Source: an uncultured virus (IMG/VR IMGVR_UViG_3300037237_000057) (lineage: Duplodnaviria > Heunggongvirae > Uroviricota > Caudoviricetes). From it: a stretch of 64,000 bases of DNA. Numbering within the stretch: the first letter of the stretch is position 1; each line of letters begins with the position of its first letter. The notes beneath the pieces were generated by a model that did no database searches, was not told where the DNA came from, and saw only the letters and a list, made by a program, of their open reading frames with translations. Positions 59,580-64,000 of the stretch are shown here, piece by piece. The stretch lies in IMG/VR virus record IMGVR_UViG_3300037237_000057. One strand, 5' to 3'. A program made the position numbers and the translations under genes.

Positions 59580-62500
59580 TGAATCGTCACGCTTCCAGTG
59601 ATCTTGACCGGGCCGGTGATCGTCACCGAAGACGGCGCCGAAACTGGCGAAAATGTAGCGCTCACGGCGCAAGCGTTATTCGGCATCGAGAACGTGTAGG
59701 GATTCCCAGAACCGCCGCAAGTTCCGGTGATACTAGAAGTGACGTAACCAGCGTTTGGAACTGGCGTGCAGGAGACAGATGTCCCATAGTTTTTAGCGCC
59801 TGTCGAGCAGCCCGTTATGGTTCCATTGCTCGGTGCATTGACTGTAAGCGTCCAGCTATTGAGCGCGAATGACGCGGTGGTGGTCACATTGCTGCTGCCG
59901 ATAGTGCCTGCGCACACATTGCCTGTTATCGTGCCAGGGCAGAGCGTGATGCTGGAGAAGGTGCTTCCGATGCCTGCCGTTGCCGTTGAAGAGTAGCTTG
60001 CCCCCGTCGCTAGCCCGCTTGCAGGACAGTTTGTGCCTGAGTATGTGCCTGTCCCTGTTCCAGTCTTTGTCGGGGTGCAGGAGTAGGTCGGGGCCGTTAT
60101 GGTGTACGCGGCAGAGCCCACTGAGGAATCAAGATAACCCGTTCCCCCCGCCACTGCATAGAGGGTTTCGCTGGCTGAGACGGACACTGGGCTTGTGTAA
60201 AGTGTCCCAGTTGTGCAACCAGTCGTCCCATTCGTTGCCGGTGAGCCGGTGGTGTTATAGCAGATTACGCCCCCACTAGATGTGGAGATTGCCACGTTCT
60301 GGGTACTTGAGTACGTGCCAGCCACTGGGCTAAAGGTCGGCGTTCCTGCTGTGGGTGTTCCACCACTAGAGTCTTCGGCACCAATGTCCAGCGGGTGCGT
60401 GCGGGCCGTGAGCTGGCTGGTGGACACGTTATAGCCGTAGCGCACAGGCAATTGCGCGGCAAGCCCGGTCAGCGCGGAACCGGCCCCGATAGCCGCAGAG
60501 CCGGATTGCGGGATCATGGTGGTGGAGTTGTAGGGCTGCGTAGCCGTGTTGAGGAAGTTGCCGTTCGTCAGCCCGTAGATGTGGGTATTCATGGGAGCAG
60601 ACAGCGGCCAGAGGCAAGTCAGGTCGCAGCTATTTGGCCACCCAAAAGCGTATCCGCTCGAATAGCTGACGGTCGCTGAAATGGGAATTGGGTTGGCGAT
60701 GTACGAATAGCTCGATGGCAGCGTGGTGAGCAGGTTGGTCGTCGCTGACAGCACGAGCGTCTGAAAGTCGCCCATCTGTATGGTGGAGTTCAGGCCGGAA
60801 GTTCGCGTTGACCAGAAGATGTTATTCCATGTGTTGACGTGGGAGGTCAGGTACGGATCGTAGCCATCGTTGTTCTCTCCAATGGCAAATGCGACAGCGG
60901 CATTGTCCAGCGTGTTGTTGTAGAAGTAGAGGAAGCCGTTGCGGTCGGTCATGTCACCGATATTGTCTTCCGCGTAGTGGATCTGATCGAGGGCCGAAGC
61001 TCCATAGAGCATGTTTCCGTAAACGAAGTCCTTTTGTTTACTCTCTTGATACCACGTCAGATTCGGCCCCAGACGGTCGCCGTAGAAGTACATTCCTGAG
61101 TTTGCCAAGTAGTATTCAAAGGCTACATACTGCGCGGCATCTTGAACCTCAACCATATCGACAACACGCTGCGCTCCGGTGCCGATGTAGTTGTAGCGGA
61201 TGATCCCTTCAACGCCGCGCCACTTGAGCATTGACCCTGTTGCCGTGGCGTTGTAGTTGTCGATGCGGTTGCCTTCCAACATGCAATAGAAGCACTGAAC
61301 GTAAAGCTGATGATAAGTCGCGCTTCCGGCAACACCAGAGTTCTGAATGTGATTGCCGCGAATCGTGACATTAGTTGTCGTGACGACAAACCCACTGTTG
61401 TCTGAATTCTCGGCAAGGAAGGTGCCATTCGAGTTGTTGTCGATGTCGTTGCCGTCGAAATCAACATAGATGCCGGAGCGAAGGTTGATGCCCGCCGCGC
61501 CCGCTACCCATCCGCAAGTAGTGTGCGTTCCTGAGCCGTCGGGGCAGACACCAGAGATGCCCCCAGGCTGAGTGTAGTTGTTCCCCGGTCGCGCATTCTT
61601 AACGTGCAACCCGGTGATCAGCACATAGGCCGGAGCCATGACGGAGTTGCCGTCTCCAGAGTAGGGCGTGATAGCGTCCTGCCAATAGCCGTAATGGGGC
61701 TGTGCCATCCAGAGACTCATCACGCCGTAACCGGCCGCCGCGCCAATTGAGATGGAAGCGTCTGAGGATGTGGCGTTGTTGCCGTCCATGATGGGAAGAT
61801 TGCCCAGCGAATCAGGGACGCCGCAAAAGATGATGGGCTGAGTTGCAGTTCCCGATTGCTGGATCTGAAAATACTCAGGAAATGTGGATGGACTCAATCC
61901 TGTTGTGTCGGTGTTGACTAGCTGATACATCGTCCCCGGAGTGATGCCTGTGATAACAGGTGTGCTGCCGATTGTGGTGTAGGCTTTGCCGGCGCCTATC
62001 TGATAGAAGCCTCCCGTCAGAGCCGGATCGCGGTAGCATTCGCGCGGTGCGGTCTGTTCGGCGTTGCCAGCCGTGGCCCATGAAGGCATCGCATTGGGAC
62101 TGACGTAGACGATGGCCGTGTTGGAGCCGGAGTTGCAGTTGTCTGCATACTTGATGCCGTAGCGCCCGGTCACGCTGGCTGTGAATATTGTGTCGCGGTT
62201 GGTTGTGTCAGAGAGTGTGCCGTTGCCGCCCGCTGGCTGACTCGTGATTGACCATGTTCCTGTCTCATCTACGCAGCCCACCACCCACGATTGCAGGCTC
62301 ATAGGCTGGCTCTGAAACGCCTGCTGATAGGCCGGAGCAACGATGACCGAGTTCTGCCCGTTGGGAAGCGTGCTGGTTGAATTGGCGCATACGTTGAATT
62401 TGTAGGTCGCGCTCTTGGTCGTATCGTCCACAGATTGGGCTGTAACCGTCACCACGCCGGTAGAAGCGAACGTGTAGGGACCAGCGTTGCCCGGCCCCGG

Positions 62501-64000
62501 CGTCACGGTGCAGGTCCCCGCGGTGCTCCCGATATTGACCTGCATGACAGGCAATCCGCCCGAGATGGACGATACCGCGCTGTGGGTCGGGTCAGTAAAT
62601 GTGGCGCTTGTGCCACCCGTACCCGATGCAGTCCAATTGACGGTGCAACTACCTGTTCCAGACGTGCATTGCGTGCCGCTGATGGTGATGTTGGCATTGA
62701 TCGTGCGCTGCGATCCGGGCAAAACGCCGAAGGGGAATGCTGGCACATTGGCTGTGATGGCTACGGTACCGCCTCCGGAGATTGTGTAGACCGCGCTGCC
62801 CACAGCGCTGTCGGTGTAGCCGGGGCATCCATGCACGTAGGCATAGAGAGTAACCGCCGTGGTGACAGAGTACGTGGTTTGGTTGGTGGTCGGCGTGGGG
62901 TTGGTGTCGAAGTAGATGTACGAGCTGCAACCGCTGGTGCTAGTGGAGGCTGTCACGGTCGTTGGGTTAGATACCGCGCCTGCCACTGGAGAGAAGGTTG
63001 GCGTGGACGCTGAGCCGCCACCTGATGAGGACTTGGGATATACCCAAAGTTCATGCTGCCCCGAGGATGTGGGGTCGGTAGCCGTATAGAAGCTGTCATC
63101 CCAAGGGCTGATTGCTATTTGCTTATCGCTGGCCTGTTCACCCGAAGGCAAGCCTGTGGAGAATATACTCCAAGTCACCCCGCTATCAGTCGATCGATAG
63201 ATGTTGGAGTTCCAGCCGCCAAGATACTCGCCTGCTACCACGTTTCCATACAGAGCGTGGTTGCTGATTTTGTTGTACGTTCCGCCTTGACTGAGGTCAG
63301 TCCAGGTGTTCGTGGACACCACATACCGCGATATCGAATAGGGACCACTTGAAAGGATTCGGCTCACTGCAATCAGGTAAGTCGGGGAGGTACTGGCGTT
63401 TCCGTCGCCAACAATAACCTGTGCGTTACCGCCATACCCGGCAGCAGTGGTTGCCCACATGGCAGTGCCGCTGGACATATTCGCGGGGGACTTCATGTAC
63501 GCTCCCTCACCGCCCCAGTACATCTGCCCATTGTACAGCGCCATTGCGTAATTGTAGCCACTCGTATAGCCGAAGCCAGTGTAGGCATCAGTGACCAAAG
63601 AACTGAATGTGGACCCGCCGTTGGTGGACTCCCAGAAATCAGCGGAGAGATCGCTCAGGTATATGTTGTTGCTGGCGTCCACCTGAAGGTTGCGCAGTTG
63701 CGTTTTGGTGCCGGATGGGTTGGAGGAGAAGGACCACGTAGACCCATTCCATTTTCCAACGACGCAATAAGAGCATCCTAGTCCGGGGCCGACACTGCCG
63801 ATTCCGGCATAGATATTACCCGCAGAGTCTTGCGTCCAGCTATTCACTTCCGCAGTTCCGGAGTTCTGTGTGGCCGCAGGAAACCCTGAATCAATCTCCG
63901 TCCAATCACCTGCAGTTGTCGGATGATCCCGAAGGTCAGACACTTTGGCTTCCCATGTGCCATTGCCGATCATCGACACGTACAGATAGCAGTTGCTTGA
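59576..64000 (-). CDS. Large multidomain glycan-binding/depolymerase-like protein (partial, open to right edge)
   Basis: The frame has no stop up to 64000. Contains Asp-box propeller motifs (STNGGSTF, STDSGVTW), two TPTFSPVAG chitobiase/FN3 modules, an Ig-like domain, a right-handed beta-helix and InlB-B-like repeats. Confidence 0.8.
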   Translation of the reverse strand, partial: SSNCYLYVSMIGNGTWEAKVSDLRDHPTTAGDWTEIDSGFPAATQNSGTAEVNSWTQDSAGNIYAGIGSVGPGLGCSYCVVGKWNGSTWSFSSNPSGTKTQLRNLQVDASNNIYLSDLSADFWESTNGGSTFSSLVTDAYTGFGYTSGYNYAMALYNGQMYWGGEGAYMKSPANMSSGTAMWATTAAGYGGNAQVIVGDGNASTSPTYLIAVSRILSSGPYSISRYVVSTNTWTDLSQGGTYNKISNHALYGNVVAGEYLGGWNSNIYRSTDSGVTWSIFSTGLPSGEQASDKQIAISPWDDSFYTATDPTSSGQHELWVYPKSSSGGGSASTPTFSPVAGAVSNPTTVTASTSTSGCSSYIYFDTNPTPTTNQTTYSVTTAVTLYAYVHGCPGYTDSAVGSAVYTISGGGTVAITANVPAFPFGVLPGSQRTINANITISGTQCTSGTGSCTVNWTASGTGGTSATFTDPTHSAVSSISGGLPVMQVNIGSTAGTCTVTPGPGNAGPYTFASTGVVTVTAQSVDDTTKSATYKFNVCANSTSTLPNGQNSVIVAPAYQQAFQSQPMSLQSWVVGCVDETGTWSITSQPAGGNGTLSDTTNRDTIFTASVTGRYGIKYADNCNSGSNTAIVYVSPNAMPSWATAGNAEQTAPRECYRDPALTGGFYQIGAGKAYTTIGSTPVITGITPGTMYQLVNTDTTGLSPSTFPEYFQIQQSGTATQPIIFCGVPDSLGNLPIMDGNNATSSDASISIGAAAGYGVMSLWMAQPHYGYWQDAITPYSGDGNSVMAPAYVLITGLHVKNARPGNNYTQPGGISGVCPDGSGTHTTCGWVAGAAGINLRSGIYVDFDGNDIDNNSNGTFLAENSDNSGFVVTTTNVTIRGNHIQNSGVAGSATYHQLYVQCFYCMLEGNRIDNYNATATGSMLKWRGVEGIIRYNYIGTGAQRVVDMVEVQDAAQYVAFEYYLANSGMYFYGDRLGPNLTWYQESKQKDFVYGNMLYGASALDQIHYAEDNIGDMTDRNGFLYFYNNTLDNAAVAFAIGENNDGYDPYLTSHVNTWNNIFWSTRTSGLNSTIQMGDFQTLVLSATTNLLTTLPSSYSYIANPIPISATVSYSSGYAFGWPNSCDLTCLWPLSAPMNTHIYGLTNGNFLNTATQPYNSTTMIPQSGSAAIGAGSALTGLAAQLPVRYGYNVSTSQLTARTHPLDIGAEDSSGGTPTAGTPTFSPVAGTYSSTQNVAISTSSGGVICYNTTGSPATNGTTGCTTGTLYTSPVSVSASETLYAVAGGTGYLDSSVGSAAYTITAPTYSCTPTKTGTGTGTYSGTNCPASGLATGASYSSTATAGIGSTFSSITLCPGTITGNVCAGTIGSSNVTTTASFALNSWTLTVNAPSNGTITGCSTGAKNYGTSVSCTPVPNAGYVTSSITGTCGGSGNPYTFSMPNNACAVSATFSPVSAPSSVTITGPVKITGSVTIQ

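Overview
The whole window reads as one tailed dsDNA phage (or prophage) genome with podovirus-like morphology. It has portal, scaffold, major capsid, adaptor/nozzle and three internal (ejection) proteins, and no tape measure, sheath or integrase is visible. A divergent promoter region at ~9.55 kb separates two arms. The plus-strand arm (9.6-26.5 kb) carries an RHH regulator, replication initiator, PAPS-reductase-like protein, Zn-finger-XRE regulator, YqaJ/RecT-like recombination pair, LRR-like repeat protein, PD-(D/E)XK endonuclease, Rad50-like ATPase, CspA, HNH, DnaB, GroES and GroEL. The minus-strand arm (64 kb to 26.5 kb, and 9.3 kb to 1) carries structural, lysis and packaging genes. Several genes resemble Acidobacteriota proteins, so that is the tentative host. 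The most striking signal is a set of fibre/spike-like genes with Sec-type signal peptides, all five followed by Gln at the predicted +1 position, and rich in Cys. This suggests virion appendages or surface proteins that fold in the periplasm. Other notable features are a non-splicing Hint domain on an ejection protein, a RelA/SpoT-like domain and a circularly permuted HAD domain inside the 2539-aa ejection protein, a GroES+GroEL+CspA set, and a cluster of structured intergenic RNAs that includes a tRNA-like one. All calls come from reading motifs by eye; no database searches or folding programs were run.
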